The notes under the pieces are model-generated. The model was not told where the DNA came from. It ran no database searches and saw only the letters and a list, made by a program, of their open reading frames with translations. A DNA stretch of 42,031 nucleotides, from the sequence record MG852086.2. The stretch is one strand, 5' to 3'. Positions 17,626 through 26,253 of this stretch are shown piece by piece (positions within the stretch are counted from its first letter, which is position 1; the number at the start of each line of letters is the position of its first letter). The translations under genes and the position numbers were made by a program. This DNA is from Escherichia phage vB_EcoS-Ro145clw.

Positions 17626-17646
17626 AAGGCCCCAACGGGGCCTTTT
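17626..17646 (+). terminator. intrinsic terminator after tailspike
   Basis: AAGGCCCC AACG GGGGCCTT followed by TTTT; variant of the 5760/6289 hairpin. Confidence 0.55.
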
Positions 17647-17648
17647 AT

Positions 17649-17789
17649 CTACTCTTCTGATAACTTCTCCAGTACAAACGCCAGTTGCGCATTAGCGGCG
17701 TCTCTTTGCTGCCGTAGTCGTAGAACTTCTTCTTCAAGTTCCTTGATACGTTTTTGCAATGCTGGAATAGGGGCTATGATGTTCATCAT
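17649..17789 (-). CDS. small hypothetical protein (46 aa, coiled-coil-like)
   Basis: ATG overlaps stop of upstream minus-strand ORF (ATGA); below ORF-track cut-off. Confidence 0.3.
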   Translation of the reverse strand: MMNIIAPIPALQKRIKELEEEVLRLRQQRDAANAQLAFVLEKLSEE

Positions 17790-17974
17790 TCGAACTCCAC
17801 CAAATCACCGTTAAAGAACTCGGCAACTATATAACCAGAATCGGGGTCATAGTCTGCTATACTTTCTGCTCCGCTTTCATCCACCACTCGGTACTCTATG
17901 CCGTTGTAGATGGTCTGGTATTCCTCGCCTTCTATAAAATCATCGATTGTGGAACTTACGCAAAACAGTTTCAT
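17786..17974 (-). CDS. hypothetical protein (62 aa)
   Basis: ORF translationally coupled to helicase gene upstream. Confidence 0.4.
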   Translation of the reverse strand: MKLFCVSSTIDDFIEGEEYQTIYNGIEYRVVDESGAESIADYDPDSGYIVAEFFNGDLVEFE

Positions 17975-19395
17975 TTCTTACCTCGTCTCTTCATGTAATT
18001 AAGCAACTCTTCCTGTACAGATTTTTTCTCGTCCGTACGCGCGGCAACAACCTCGTCCAGCGTGTCCTTAGCAACGATGTGATAGAGGAACACCGGGCGC
18101 TCGTGGCCTGCCTGTTTCTGGCGTACAGGGCCTATACGCTCGACGACCTGCAAATAGTGCTCAAGGTTCCAGCCTTGCGAGATGAATGCCAGATGATGCC
18201 CGCCGTCCTGTAAATTCAAACCATGCCCGGCTGACGCAGGGTGTACGCATAAGATTTCTATTTCCCCGCGGTTCCACGCTTCCATCTGCTTATTGCCCTT
18301 AGCACCTTTTGCGAACGCCTGCGCCTGCGGGAATCGCTTAAGGATGCGCTCCAGTTCGTGCTTAAACTGATAGGCCACCAGTAACGGCGCCCCCTGTAAC
18401 TCCTCAACAATTGACTCCAGTGCGTCCAGTTTTGTGTCGTGCACTTTCTCCCATTCTTTCGTCGCTTCGCCGTCTGGCCCCGACACATACACGGCACCGG
18501 AGGCAATTTGCAAGCACTTTGACGTCTTCGCCGCGGCGTTAGCCGCCTCAACTTCTCCGCTCTCCAGTTCCGCGAATAACTTCTCCTCCATATCTATGTA
18601 CGCCTGACGTGCTTTCTTCGGCAGGTCGATTTCCACCGGTACGATAACAGGCGCTTCACATCCGAACCACTCGGCGGCGTCAATCGTGAGACTAATGTCC
18701 TTCATCTTCTGGTGAATCTCATTATCCGCACCCGGGCGCGCATGATATTCACGGGCCATAGCTGATTTGCCTTTCTGTACCGAGTTAAACCAGCGGTCGG
18801 TGAATGCCGTATATGAAGAACCAAGACGCTCGCCCGCGTCGATAAACCAGTTCTGCCCCCACAAGTCTTTGAGGCCGTTTGGTGATGGTGTGCCGGTGAG
18901 GTTAATGAATCGCTTGACCTTGCCGAACGCCACTTTACTAAGAGCCTTCGCGCGCTTGCTTCCGCCGGAACGGCTGCGGAACGATTTCAGCTTCGTGCTT
19001 TCATCGGCAACGATAACCGTAAAAGGCCAGTCGTCTTTGCCGTAGTAGTCAATCAGCCACTCGATAACTTCGTAGTTAGTGCACACCACGTTGGCGTCTG
19101 ACTCCAGCGCCGCGATACGGCGCTTCTCTGAGCCAGTGGCATCGACGACGCGCAGACACGGGAAACCCCACTTAGTTTGTTCTGCGGGCCACGTACCAGA
19201 CGCAACACGTAACGGGGCGAGGATTAACACGCGGTCCTCTTCCGTAAGCTGCCCGTTGCGGAACAGGCGGTTTAGAACCCACATCGTTGCGGAACTTTTG
19301 CCCGCGCCCATCGAGGCCCAAATATTACAGCGCGGATGCCGTAGCATGAACGAAGTCATGAGTTTCTGGTACTCTCGCCTTTGAAACTTACTCAT
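17971..19395 (-). CDS. SNF2-family DEAD/DEAH-box helicase
   Basis: 474 aa from ATG 19395 (SD GAGGTG); Walker A GAGKS, motif II VADESTK, motif III LTGTPSPN, C-terminal helicase domain. Confidence 0.8.
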   Translation of the reverse strand: MSKFQRREYQKLMTSFMLRHPRCNIWASMGAGKSSATMWVLNRLFRNGQLTEEDRVLILAPLRVASGTWPAEQTKWGFPCLRVVDATGSEKRRIAALESDANVVCTNYEVIEWLIDYYGKDDWPFTVIVADESTKLKSFRSRSGGSKRAKALSKVAFGKVKRFINLTGTPSPNGLKDLWGQNWFIDAGERLGSSYTAFTDRWFNSVQKGKSAMAREYHARPGADNEIHQKMKDISLTIDAAEWFGCEAPVIVPVEIDLPKKARQAYIDMEEKLFAELESGEVEAANAAAKTSKCLQIASGAVYVSGPDGEATKEWEKVHDTKLDALESIVEELQGAPLLVAYQFKHELERILKRFPQAQAFAKGAKGNKQMEAWNRGEIEILCVHPASAGHGLNLQDGGHHLAFISQGWNLEHYLQVVERIGPVRQKQAGHERPVFLYHIVAKDTLDEVVAARTDEKKSVQEELLNYMKRRGKK

Positions 19396-19651
19396 TTTGC
19401 AAATCACCTCGTTCTTTGGCGAACCTTAACGCCCTTCTGGCGGCCGATGAGTTTGAAGTATATCTGTGGCCGCATGTTTTGCATTCTAACTTCGGCGTTC
19501 CGTTTTTAGTTTCTCCGATAACAATGACATTACGCCACCTGATAAAGCTACTGTCTCTGTGGCCGTCTCTGGTGGAAAATGATGACGCAAGCCAGGCGCC
19601 CTCCCACTCCCGCAAACACTTAACACATCGCAAGCTATGATGTACTGTCAT
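19388..19651 (-). CDS. zinc-ribbon protein (hypothetical)
   Basis: 87 aa; CVKC ... CKTCG pairs; ATGA coupling to upstream gene; several rare AGA/AGG codons lower confidence. Confidence 0.4.
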   Translation of the reverse strand: MTVHHSLRCVKCLREWEGAWLASSFSTRDGHRDSSFIRWRNVIVIGETKNGTPKLECKTCGHRYTSNSSAARRALRFAKERGDLQNE

Positions 19652-19842
19652 TTTGCCACCAGTACCAGTTCTTTACGCCCAAACGCCGTAACATTGCCCG
19701 TCACATCTTCGATAACCAGTTTACCGTTCGACTCGACGAACACAGTATCAACGGCAACAGGCCGGCGTGTCTTAACGTTGAAAATCATGTCGCCAGGTAC
19801 GATGTCGCGTGCCGGTTTGCGGTCATATTCGTATTTATTCAT
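19648..19842 (-). CDS. hypothetical protein (64 aa)
   Basis: ORF in minus-strand operon; no motif. Confidence 0.4.
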   Translation of the reverse strand: MNKYEYDRKPARDIVPGDMIFNVKTRRPVAVDTVFVESNGKLVIEDVTGNVTAFGRKELVLVAK

Positions 19843-20045
19843 TATTCGTCTTCCTCTGTGCAGTAGTTTTCTAGTACATAATTCAGTGCGTTACGTTTTG
19901 CCTCGTCTATACATATGCACAGTCGGTCAAATTCAAGATCATCTAAAACAGATTCAGCGCCAACTAATCCCTCCAATGCGGTTACAATGTCGCCATCATA
20001 TTTTTCGTACATGTACTTAACGATGTGCGGGTCTAACTTTCTCAT
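19842..20045 (-). CDS. hypothetical protein (67 aa), acidic C-terminus
   Basis: ORF in minus-strand operon; no motif. Confidence 0.4.
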   Translation of the reverse strand: MRKLDPHIVKYMYEKYDGDIVTALEGLVGAESVLDDLEFDRLCICIDEAKRNALNYVLENYCTEEDE

Positions 20046-20077
20046 TTCTCAATTCCTTATATTGTTGGTGTGTGTGG

Positions 20078-20362
20078 TTAACTATAATAGTTCACTATTA
20101 GGTCGTCAACCTCTTCTTTTGTTCCTACTACAAAAACATTTGCGCCACGTTTACGAAGCCGTTTGTGCTCCCGCAACTGATGGTCCTCCGGTTCCGTGTT
20201 TTCATCCTTCTTCACCTCTACAAACCATATCACTCCTCCTGGAAGGGCGACTAACAGGTCAGGCGCTCCGTTTCTACCCTCGTACGACAGCTTACGAACG
20301 AGGCCGCCAATAGCCTCGAATCGGTCTTTTGCGTATTTCTGTATTTTGCCTTCCGGGGTCAT
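20078..20362 (-). CDS. VRR-NUC domain nuclease
   Basis: 94 aa from ATG 20362; GAPDLLVALPGGVIWFVEVKK matches the PD-(D/E)XK core of VRR-NUC proteins. Confidence 0.65.
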   Translation of the reverse strand: MTPEGKIQKYAKDRFEAIGGLVRKLSYEGRNGAPDLLVALPGGVIWFVEVKKDENTEPEDHQLREHKRLRKRGANVFVVGTKEEVDDLIVNYYS

Positions 20363-20511
20363 TAGCGCAGAACCCAAGTAAGGAAAGCCCCTCCTAGAAC
20401 GGCAATACCGACAAACTTAAAGAACAGACCGTAACAGAACATCGCAGCTATTCCCGCGCCGGATAACAGTGCGAGCATGGTTACTGTCGCCCAAAATACA
20501 AACATTGTCAT
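20362..20511 (-). CDS. small hydrophobic membrane protein (49 aa)
   Basis: SD GAGGGG 8 nt upstream; stop overlaps VRR-NUC start (TAATG); almost entirely hydrophobic. Confidence 0.35.
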   Translation of the reverse strand: MTMFVFWATVTMLALLSGAGIAAMFCYGLFFKFVGIAVLGGAFLTWVLR

Positions 20512-20593
20512 AATACGCACCCCTCACGTTTCGTATGCGCAATGCCACAGCGCGGACAGATTCGACAGTCTTCTTCATAGAACCAGTAAATTT

Positions 20594-20725
20594 TCATTCC
20601 AGCACCCACAGATAAATTGCGATTAACATACACAATACGGCAACCATCATTCCGTATTGACCTTCGTGACAGTAAACCCCGGCGGCGAATCCCGCCAGCG
20701 CCGTAACAATCAGTTTACTTAGCAT
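20594..20725 (-). CDS. small hydrophobic membrane protein (43 aa)
   Basis: SD GAGAGGTGG upstream immediately after polymerase stop; hydrophobic. Confidence 0.35.
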   Translation of the reverse strand: MLSKLIVTALAGFAAGVYCHEGQYGMMVAVLCMLIAIYLWVLE

Positions 20726-20737
20726 TAGAACCACCTC

Positions 20738-22915
20738 TCACTTAGCGTACCGGTACATTTCGCTGCCTTCTGCTACAAGAGGGAATCCCTCAGCCCATTC
20801 AGGTAATTCGCACATCAATCGTTCGAGTTCAGCCACATTGTATTCAGGCGAATCTGGCGTCTCGCAGATAATTTCATCGTGTACATGAAGTACAATCGGG
20901 TAGCCGTTTGCTTCAACGTTAAGTAGCGCATTAGCCAGCAAGTCACGGCACAGTGCCTGGGTACAGTTTTCCACCAGTTTCCCGGAGTACGTGTACTGGA
21001 AGCCCCACTGACGAGTTAACTGGTTTTCACCTTGGTACTTGATGCGCACGTTAGTAGAAACTTTCCCGTCTTCGTCCGTCTCTTTCGATACACTTAAACC
21101 TACGCCAGGGTAGGACATTACGCGGCCTGACGGCAACGTCATGCGCAACCACCAACCAGCTACCTTGTTGCCGTTGTTATCTGTTTCTACGTTGCGTGAA
21201 AACTTAACGCCACGAGGACCAGCGGTGAACTCTTTCCCTGGATTACGTATTGCCGCCATAGCTGCGTCTTCGATATCACGCCAGAAAGCTACAGTCTCAG
21301 GGTGCGACTCGCGCCACATGCGCTTGATAGCGTCACATGTACGCCAGACTTTCTTATCCAGAATATATGATGGTCGGTCATCTTTTTCACCAGGACGCGG
21401 TGGCCGCTTGGCTTCCTGAATACGCGCCCACTCGTACCCACGTGCGGTAGCGGCCCAGATGTGGTCAGGGAAAGTACCGTCCATTGTTTTAGCCATATCA
21501 ACCAGGTCAAGGCCGAGGTTCTTGGCGAACTGAACGAAAGCCCCTACGCCGCCAGCGTAGCCGAGTCCCAACTCGCAAGCTTTGCCTATCTGGCGAAGGT
21601 CTTTACGTTCTTTCTTAATGTAATCCGGTTCCAGGCCAAACATCTTGCCCGCCGTTACGCAATAAATATCCAGCCCGGCCCGGAAAGTATCGAGCGCGGC
21701 TTCTTCGCCCGCCAGCCATGCCAGCCCGCGACCTTCAACGTTAGAGTAATCTGCAACAACAAACTTGTGCCCTGCTTCCGGGATAATGCAGCTGCGCACC
21801 GTAGATGCCGTTAGCTTGGCTACATCAAACCGACGATGCGCACGTCCTTTCAGCAACGCAGAAATCCCTTTATCCAGCTCATCGTCATGATAGTACCCGC
21901 GGGCCAGGTTCTGTGGCTGGAAGCCTTTACCGGCGAATCGTAGCGTACGTTTAGCCCCGCCGTACTGGATGCAACCGCGGCGGCGGTCGTCAGAAGAACG
22001 ACCCAGCAATAACGGTGTGTATTTCGTTGACGCGGTGGACGCCGCTCCGAGGCGCATTTCGACAATATCACGGGCATCGTCGGGTAAATCCTCGTCAGCC
22101 AGCAGGTCAAACAACGTTGCTTTTTGCGCGTTATGAATGCGGTTCGCAGGGGCCAGTTCCTGCAATGCCGGTAGAAAGTCTTTTCCGGTTAATGAACAGC
22201 CGAATTTACGTTGAGATTCCTCCTGCAACTCCCCCTTATGCCGTGTTATGGCTTCAATAGCGGCTTCTGCCAGCGCAATATCAACCTTGAACCCGCGGTC
22301 GTTGATTAACTGGTCCAGTTCCAGTACGCGGTCCTCGAACTCAGAGTTGCCCCACGACGGCATTTTTTGAAACACTTCACGCATCGAAGTGATATCACTA
22401 ATAGCGTACTTGATGAATAACGCCCACTCCTCCGGGTGCGTCTCAGACGTATAGCGGCGTATTTTGTAATTCTTCGGGGTCGGCTTGGTGAATCTCTTTA
22501 TTAACGCCTTACCGCGTTTGTCCTTGGCGTTCTCTGCAGATACTTCCAGCACTTCACACAAAACAGCCAATTTCCCCGGCAGCGCGTGGCGAAAAGCACA
22601 GGTCATTGTATCTATAACGCTGCTTACAGGTATGTCATAGCCCCAGCAGTTGCGGATAACTAAGCGGTCAAACATATTGAAGTTATGACCTACAATCTTA
22701 ATATCCCCTCTCATTGCCTTACGCAGGCCAACTTTCAGGTCGCGCGGCATATCGCTGCCGTCTGTGCAGTCCCAGCAACGCACCTCGCCGTCGTCGAACG
22801 CGTAGGTGCATATCAGAATTTCTGTAGATGGGTGTTCGGCGTAGGCATAACTGCCGACAACCGTTATGTCTAATTCACAAAAAGTTTCTGTATCAAGATA
22901 AAGTAATTCGTTCAT
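20738..22915 (-). CDS. family A DNA polymerase with N-terminal 3'-5' exonuclease domain
   Basis: 725 aa; exo motifs YLDTETF and VGHNFNMFD; pol motif A ADYSNVEGRGLAWLAGEE, motif B RQIGKACELGLGYAGG, motif C VLHVHDEIICE. Confidence 0.85.
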   Translation of the reverse strand: MNELLYLDTETFCELDITVVGSYAYAEHPSTEILICTYAFDDGEVRCWDCTDGSDMPRDLKVGLRKAMRGDIKIVGHNFNMFDRLVIRNCWGYDIPVSSVIDTMTCAFRHALPGKLAVLCEVLEVSAENAKDKRGKALIKRFTKPTPKNYKIRRYTSETHPEEWALFIKYAISDITSMREVFQKMPSWGNSEFEDRVLELDQLINDRGFKVDIALAEAAIEAITRHKGELQEESQRKFGCSLTGKDFLPALQELAPANRIHNAQKATLFDLLADEDLPDDARDIVEMRLGAASTASTKYTPLLLGRSSDDRRRGCIQYGGAKRTLRFAGKGFQPQNLARGYYHDDELDKGISALLKGRAHRRFDVAKLTASTVRSCIIPEAGHKFVVADYSNVEGRGLAWLAGEEAALDTFRAGLDIYCVTAGKMFGLEPDYIKKERKDLRQIGKACELGLGYAGGVGAFVQFAKNLGLDLVDMAKTMDGTFPDHIWAATARGYEWARIQEAKRPPRPGEKDDRPSYILDKKVWRTCDAIKRMWRESHPETVAFWRDIEDAAMAAIRNPGKEFTAGPRGVKFSRNVETDNNGNKVAGWWLRMTLPSGRVMSYPGVGLSVSKETDEDGKVSTNVRIKYQGENQLTRQWGFQYTYSGKLVENCTQALCRDLLANALLNVEANGYPIVLHVHDEIICETPDSPEYNVAELERLMCELPEWAEGFPLVAEGSEMYRYAK

Positions 22916-22924
22916 TATTTCGAC

Positions 22925-22944
22925 CCTTTGTAAAAAGGCCCAAT
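22925..22944 (-). terminator. hairpin AAGGCCC AATAAA GGGCCTT, attenuator/terminator oriented for the minus strand
   Basis: A-run precedes it on the plus strand (U-tract on minus); lies between the SSB-like gene and polymerase gene. Confidence 0.4.
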
Positions 22945-22973
22945 AAAGGGCCTTAATTAAACTGATTCAAGTA

Positions 22974-23603
22974 TTAACCACGGCGACGACGTTCTCGGCG
23001 CGGTGCTTCATCTTCTTCGTCGTCTTCAAGGTCATTGACGCTCGCAGCAACTTTAGAGCCTCCAAACGCTTTACCTTCGCCGACGTATTTAATCGCCAGC
23101 AGGTTAACGCCGAGGACTTTGTATTTCTGGCTGAACCAGATTTCAACGCTTACGTTAGCAACGCAGCCGCTGTAAACCTGTTCGCCTTCAATCTGTTCAC
23201 CGTCTACGTTGAAGTCCTGCTCTACCTGAGTCTCACCTTTTTTAGAGGTTACAATCAGCGGTTGTTTCTGTGCCTTCGCTTTGAAGTAGAAACCTTCCGG
23301 GAAGTCTTCAAAAGGATTATCACGCTCGGCAATGTCTTTAATCGCGCATTTATCCATGTGCTTGCCTTCGCCGTAGTTTGACTTCATCCACTTCTCGGCA
23401 GCGGCGGCACCAAGTGCTTCTTCTACAACCGCATAAACGGTGTCGTACATTTCGTCGATTTGCGCATGGTCAGACGGCAGGATGATAGTCGCGCTGTACT
23501 GGCCTTTAGTGATTGAGCCATCATCGTTTTCACGGTCTTTTTCGCGTTCGAATACGTTAACCCATGCAGTGTTTACTTTACGCAGATTTAATTTCATTCC
23601 CAT
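22974..23603 (-). CDS. SSB-like protein (gp2.5/DUF2815-type, putative) with acidic then Arg-rich C-terminus
   Basis: 209 aa; sits between Cas4-like exonuclease and DNA polymerase as in known phage replication modules; DLEDDEEDE tail. Confidence 0.4.
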   Translation of the reverse strand: MGMKLNLRKVNTAWVNVFEREKDRENDDGSITKGQYSATIILPSDHAQIDEMYDTVYAVVEEALGAAAAEKWMKSNYGEGKHMDKCAIKDIAERDNPFEDFPEGFYFKAKAQKQPLIVTSKKGETQVEQDFNVDGEQIEGEQVYSGCVANVSVEIWFSQKYKVLGVNLLAIKYVGEGKAFGGSKVAASVNDLEDDEEDEAPRRERRRRG

Positions 23604-23656
23604 TTGATTTCTCGCTTTTAAGTTTACTCCGGGAAGCTGCCCGGCCAGTGATTAGA

Positions 23657-23685
23657 ACTATAATAGCTAACTATTCAGGTGTCAA
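23657..23685 (-). promoter_or_regulatory. strong sigma70-like promoter TTGACA-N17-TATAGT containing AATAG-N4-CTATT (site E)
   Basis: Minus strand reads TTGACACCTGAATAGTTAGCTATTATAGT; about 50 nt upstream of ATG 23603. Confidence 0.5.
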
Positions 23686-23689
23686 CACT

Positions 23690-23845
23690 TTATTTAAACG
23701 TTTCTTTTGTCATACGGATAATTTTCGCCGATTCGTCCCTAATTATCATGCTGAATACCTGGTATATGACTTTGCTCCTGCCTAGCTTCGCTCCGTTTCG
23801 ATGCTGTTGTATGTAGCTTTTATGCAATTCTTGAATCGTACTCAT
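23690..23845 (-). CDS. small hypothetical protein (51 aa)
   Basis: ATG 23845 overlaps exonuclease stop (ATGA) with SD GGGGGA; ends 4 nt before promoter site E. Confidence 0.35.
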   Translation of the reverse strand: MSTIQELHKSYIQQHRNGAKLGRSKVIYQVFSMIIRDESAKIIRMTKETFK

Positions 23846-25083
23846 TCCAAATCCCCCTCTGTTACTTGATTCCACTCAGGCCGTTTATCGTCTGCCGTTG
23901 CAACGCATGGTGCTCCTGGCTTACGAGTAATGAAGTCTTTCAGTTCTTCTTCCGGCACAACTTTAACAGCTTCGGTTGGCGTCATGAGCACTTGCTTCAT
24001 TAGCGCGATGCCGTATTTGCTTGCCACTTTCTCCGCGTCTTTCCACGCGCGATTACCCGGACGACCTTCTACCAGCTTGTAACCCGGCACTTTCTTGCCA
24101 GAATGCAAAGCGGCAGCCATAGCTTTCTCAACCTTGTCGATGTGCTGGCGCAACAACGGCAACTTCTCATACTCGGCGACGAGTTGCTCAGGTGTCAGTT
24201 CCAGTGCAAAATCGTCCTCCAGTTCTTCCGCCAGCACCGCGTTAACGGTTTTTGTACGCGCTGCGCACTGTTCTGAGAACCGACACCACTGGCAACCATC
24301 GACCGACGGCTTGAAGTCCGACGCTTTCAGGTTCTTCTTTCCACGGAAATAGGCATCAAGGGCCCGCAGCGCTCGTTTCCGTGCGAACTTAGCGAACAGT
24401 TCCAGACCTTCAACCGAGATGTCCCACTCCGACGCGCCACCAGCATACGGCTGGAAGATGACCAGGCGAACTACTGTGATGTTATAACGTCTCTTGAGTC
24501 GGCGATAAACACCGAGAGCGTAAAGCATAAGCTGCTTGTTTTCTTTCGCTTCAACACGATGCCGTCCTGTTTTCAGGTCGCCTATAATGAGCATGTGCCC
24601 ATCGGTGTTAGACAGCTCCTGAACGGCAACGAGGTCAGCAGTTCCGAACGTCTCAACGCCTTCATAGCCCGGATGCAATACCTCAGTAAGATTGACGCGC
24701 ATTTCCAGCTTGGCGTAAGTGGCAACGTCGATAATCGCTTTGCAGTAGTCTGTGTACTTGCGCACCTGTTCAATCATGTCAGCCGTAATCAGTACCGCAC
24801 CTTTCATCGGGCTGATTAGTGCCTTAATCTGACCTTTACCCTCATCCAGCACGTAAGCACCGACTTCACGCTCCAACGGCAGCGCAGTGCCTTTGATGTA
24901 CTGGTTTAGATGTACCTCAGCTATTGTGTGCATAGCTGTGCCTAATACCGCAGATTTACCTGACGTGTTAGGGATATCTTTTTCACAGGCCAGCGATGCG
25001 GCGCAGCTTAACCACTTTTTGGCACCTGACGGCGACAGTAAGGCGTGCACATCGTTATTGCCGCCGCGTTCTTTTAAAATCAT
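23842..25083 (-). CDS. PD-(D/E)XK exonuclease with Cas4-like Cys cluster (DUF2800-like)
   Basis: 413 aa from ATG 25083 (SD GGGAGGT); N-terminal Cys plus CQWCRFSEQC; nuclease core GTADLVA...IIGDLKTG...EAKENKQLMLYA. Confidence 0.7.
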   Translation of the reverse strand: MILKERGGNNDVHALLSPSGAKKWLSCAASLACEKDIPNTSGKSAVLGTAMHTIAEVHLNQYIKGTALPLEREVGAYVLDEGKGQIKALISPMKGAVLITADMIEQVRKYTDYCKAIIDVATYAKLEMRVNLTEVLHPGYEGVETFGTADLVAVQELSNTDGHMLIIGDLKTGRHRVEAKENKQLMLYALGVYRRLKRRYNITVVRLVIFQPYAGGASEWDISVEGLELFAKFARKRALRALDAYFRGKKNLKASDFKPSVDGCQWCRFSEQCAARTKTVNAVLAEELEDDFALELTPEQLVAEYEKLPLLRQHIDKVEKAMAAALHSGKKVPGYKLVEGRPGNRAWKDAEKVASKYGIALMKQVLMTPTEAVKVVPEEELKDFITRKPGAPCVATADDKRPEWNQVTEGDLE

Positions 25084-25351
25084 TCCGTACCTCCCACTGG
25101 TCAATTAAATGCCGCGTCTGGTGCTGGCAGTGCATAGCCCACCCATACATCGACTCGAAGACATAAAAGTCAGGTTTGGCGAAGGTCGTTCGCTTAATCT
25201 GCGACACGCGGCGACCTATATCTTTAGGGCGCGGTACTTTGCCTAAGTACGCCATCTCTTCCATCCGGTGCGCACCTGACGGCGCACGCAACAGCCACAA
25301 CGCCTCTGTGTTATCCCGCCTGTCGATGGCGCGGTAGAGTTGGTAAATCAT
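25055..25351 (-). CDS. hypothetical protein (98 aa)
   Basis: SD GAGGT 9 nt upstream; overlaps exonuclease start by about 29 nt. Confidence 0.4.
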   Translation of the reverse strand: MIYQLYRAIDRRDNTEALWLLRAPSGAHRMEEMAYLGKVPRPKDIGRRVSQIKRTTFAKPDFYVFESMYGWAMHCQHQTRHLIDQWEVRNDFKRTRRQ

Positions 25352-25371
25352 AATTCCGAACCTCAGTTAAA

Positions 25372-25387
25372 GCGGCCCGAAGGCCGC
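25372..25387 (-). terminator. weak hairpin GCGGCC CGAA GGCCGC (possible attenuator)
   Basis: Perfect 6 bp stem; only a short U-run on the minus strand. Confidence 0.3.
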
Positions 25388-25394
25388 AGGATAG

Positions 25395-25895
25395 TTATTC
25401 TTCTTCGAAATATTTGTTCTTGATTGCCGTCAGGCGTTCCAGATATTCAGCCAAGTCTTCGTCTTTAATCGCCGCAATCTTCATCTTCTTACCTGTGAAC
25501 TCTTCCAGCAGTTCATCGGAATCGTCGCACGCGGCATCGCTCGGACCTTCATTAATTGCATCGTCGATGGCCTGAATCTGGTCACGCAGAGACTGGTAAT
25601 CGACTTCTTCCTTCCCTTCTTCCGGCTCTGGCTCTGGCTGCTCTACTTTAGCTTTACGCGGCTTGCGTTTTGGCTTCTCTTCTTCTGCTGATTTAGTGTC
25701 GACGATGTCTTCACCTTCGACCGGGATTTCTTTTGTTGCTTCTTTTGCGCACTCGTCTACCGCTTCTTTGGTATACATTACCGTCTCTACTTCTAGTGGC
25801 GCGGCAACCCGAACAACTTGTTTCGCGCTGTTCGCAGCAATCAGTTCATGTGCAACTACGAAACGTTCCAGTAATTTTAAGAATTGGTCTAACAT
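25395..25895 (-). CDS. highly acidic early protein (function unknown; DNA-mimic candidate)
   Basis: 166 aa very rich in Glu/Asp with Pro-Glu repeats (EQPEPEPEEGKEE); first gene downstream of promoter site F. Confidence 0.5.
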   Translation of the reverse strand: MLDQFLKLLERFVVAHELIAANSAKQVVRVAAPLEVETVMYTKEAVDECAKEATKEIPVEGEDIVDTKSAEEEKPKRKPRKAKVEQPEPEPEEGKEEVDYQSLRDQIQAIDDAINEGPSDAACDDSDELLEEFTGKKMKIAAIKDEDLAEYLERLTAIKNKYFEEE

Positions 25896-25926
25896 TTGTT
25901 TCTCTCCTCTCGTTTGGTATGGGCTA

Positions 25927-25956
25927 ACTATAATAGCTGACTATTCATGATGTCAA
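25927..25956 (-). promoter_or_regulatory. sigma70-like promoter TTGACA-N18-TATAGT containing AATAG-N4-CTATT (site F)
   Basis: Minus strand reads TTGACATCATGAATAGTCAGCTATTATAGT; divergent from the XRE gene. Confidence 0.5.
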
Positions 25957-25976
25957 TGGGCTTTTCTAAAATAATT

Positions 25977-25990
25977 AATATGGTACTATT
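25977..25990 (+). promoter_or_regulatory. operator-like AATAT-GGTA-CTATT overlapping a TGgTACTAT extended -10 (site G) upstream of XRE gene
   Basis: One mismatch from the AATAG-N4-CTATT consensus; weak -35; about 30 nt upstream of ATG 26021. Confidence 0.35.
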
Positions 25991-26020
25991 CACATATCAA
26001 CTGACTAAGGAGTGATTAAC

Positions 26021-26236
26021 ATGCAACCATCTGAACTAGGCATCCGTGTAGAACAGCGCCGTAAAGAACTCGGCATCTCCCAGCGCCGTCTGGCTGTCCT
26101 GACGGGAGTTTCTCAGGGCGCAATTAATCAGCTTGCACTCGGAGTAACTCAGGACGTCCGCCCGGCAACGCTGTTTAAACTGGCGGAAGTGCTGGAAGTA
26201 GACGCCAAGTGGCTGGCGTTAGGTGAAGGGGCTTAA
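26021..26236 (+). CDS. XRE-family (Cro/CI-type) HTH transcriptional regulator
   Basis: 71 aa from ATG 26021 with SD AAGGAG; ELGISQRRLAVLTGVSQGAINQLALG is a textbook HTH_XRE motif. Confidence 0.75.
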   Translation: MQPSELGIRVEQRRKELGISQRRLAVLTGVSQGAINQLALGVTQDVRPATLFKLAEVLEVDAKWLALGEGA

Positions 26237-26250
26237 TGCCCCTTTCTTTT
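26226..26250 (+). terminator. intrinsic terminator after XRE gene
   Basis: AAGGGGC TTAAT GCCCCTT followed by TCTTTTT; stop codon lies in the loop. Confidence 0.6.
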
Positions 26251-26253
26251 TAC

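Noticed and set aside
20512-20593. Possible 53 aa minus-strand ORF (MKKTVESVRAVAL...) between the two small membrane-protein genes
   Set aside because: No convincing SD; runs out of frame through the neighbouring ORF that does have a strong SD.
21141-22260. Plus-strand ORFs within the DNA polymerase gene
   Set aside because: Antisense to a gene with all family A polymerase motifs.
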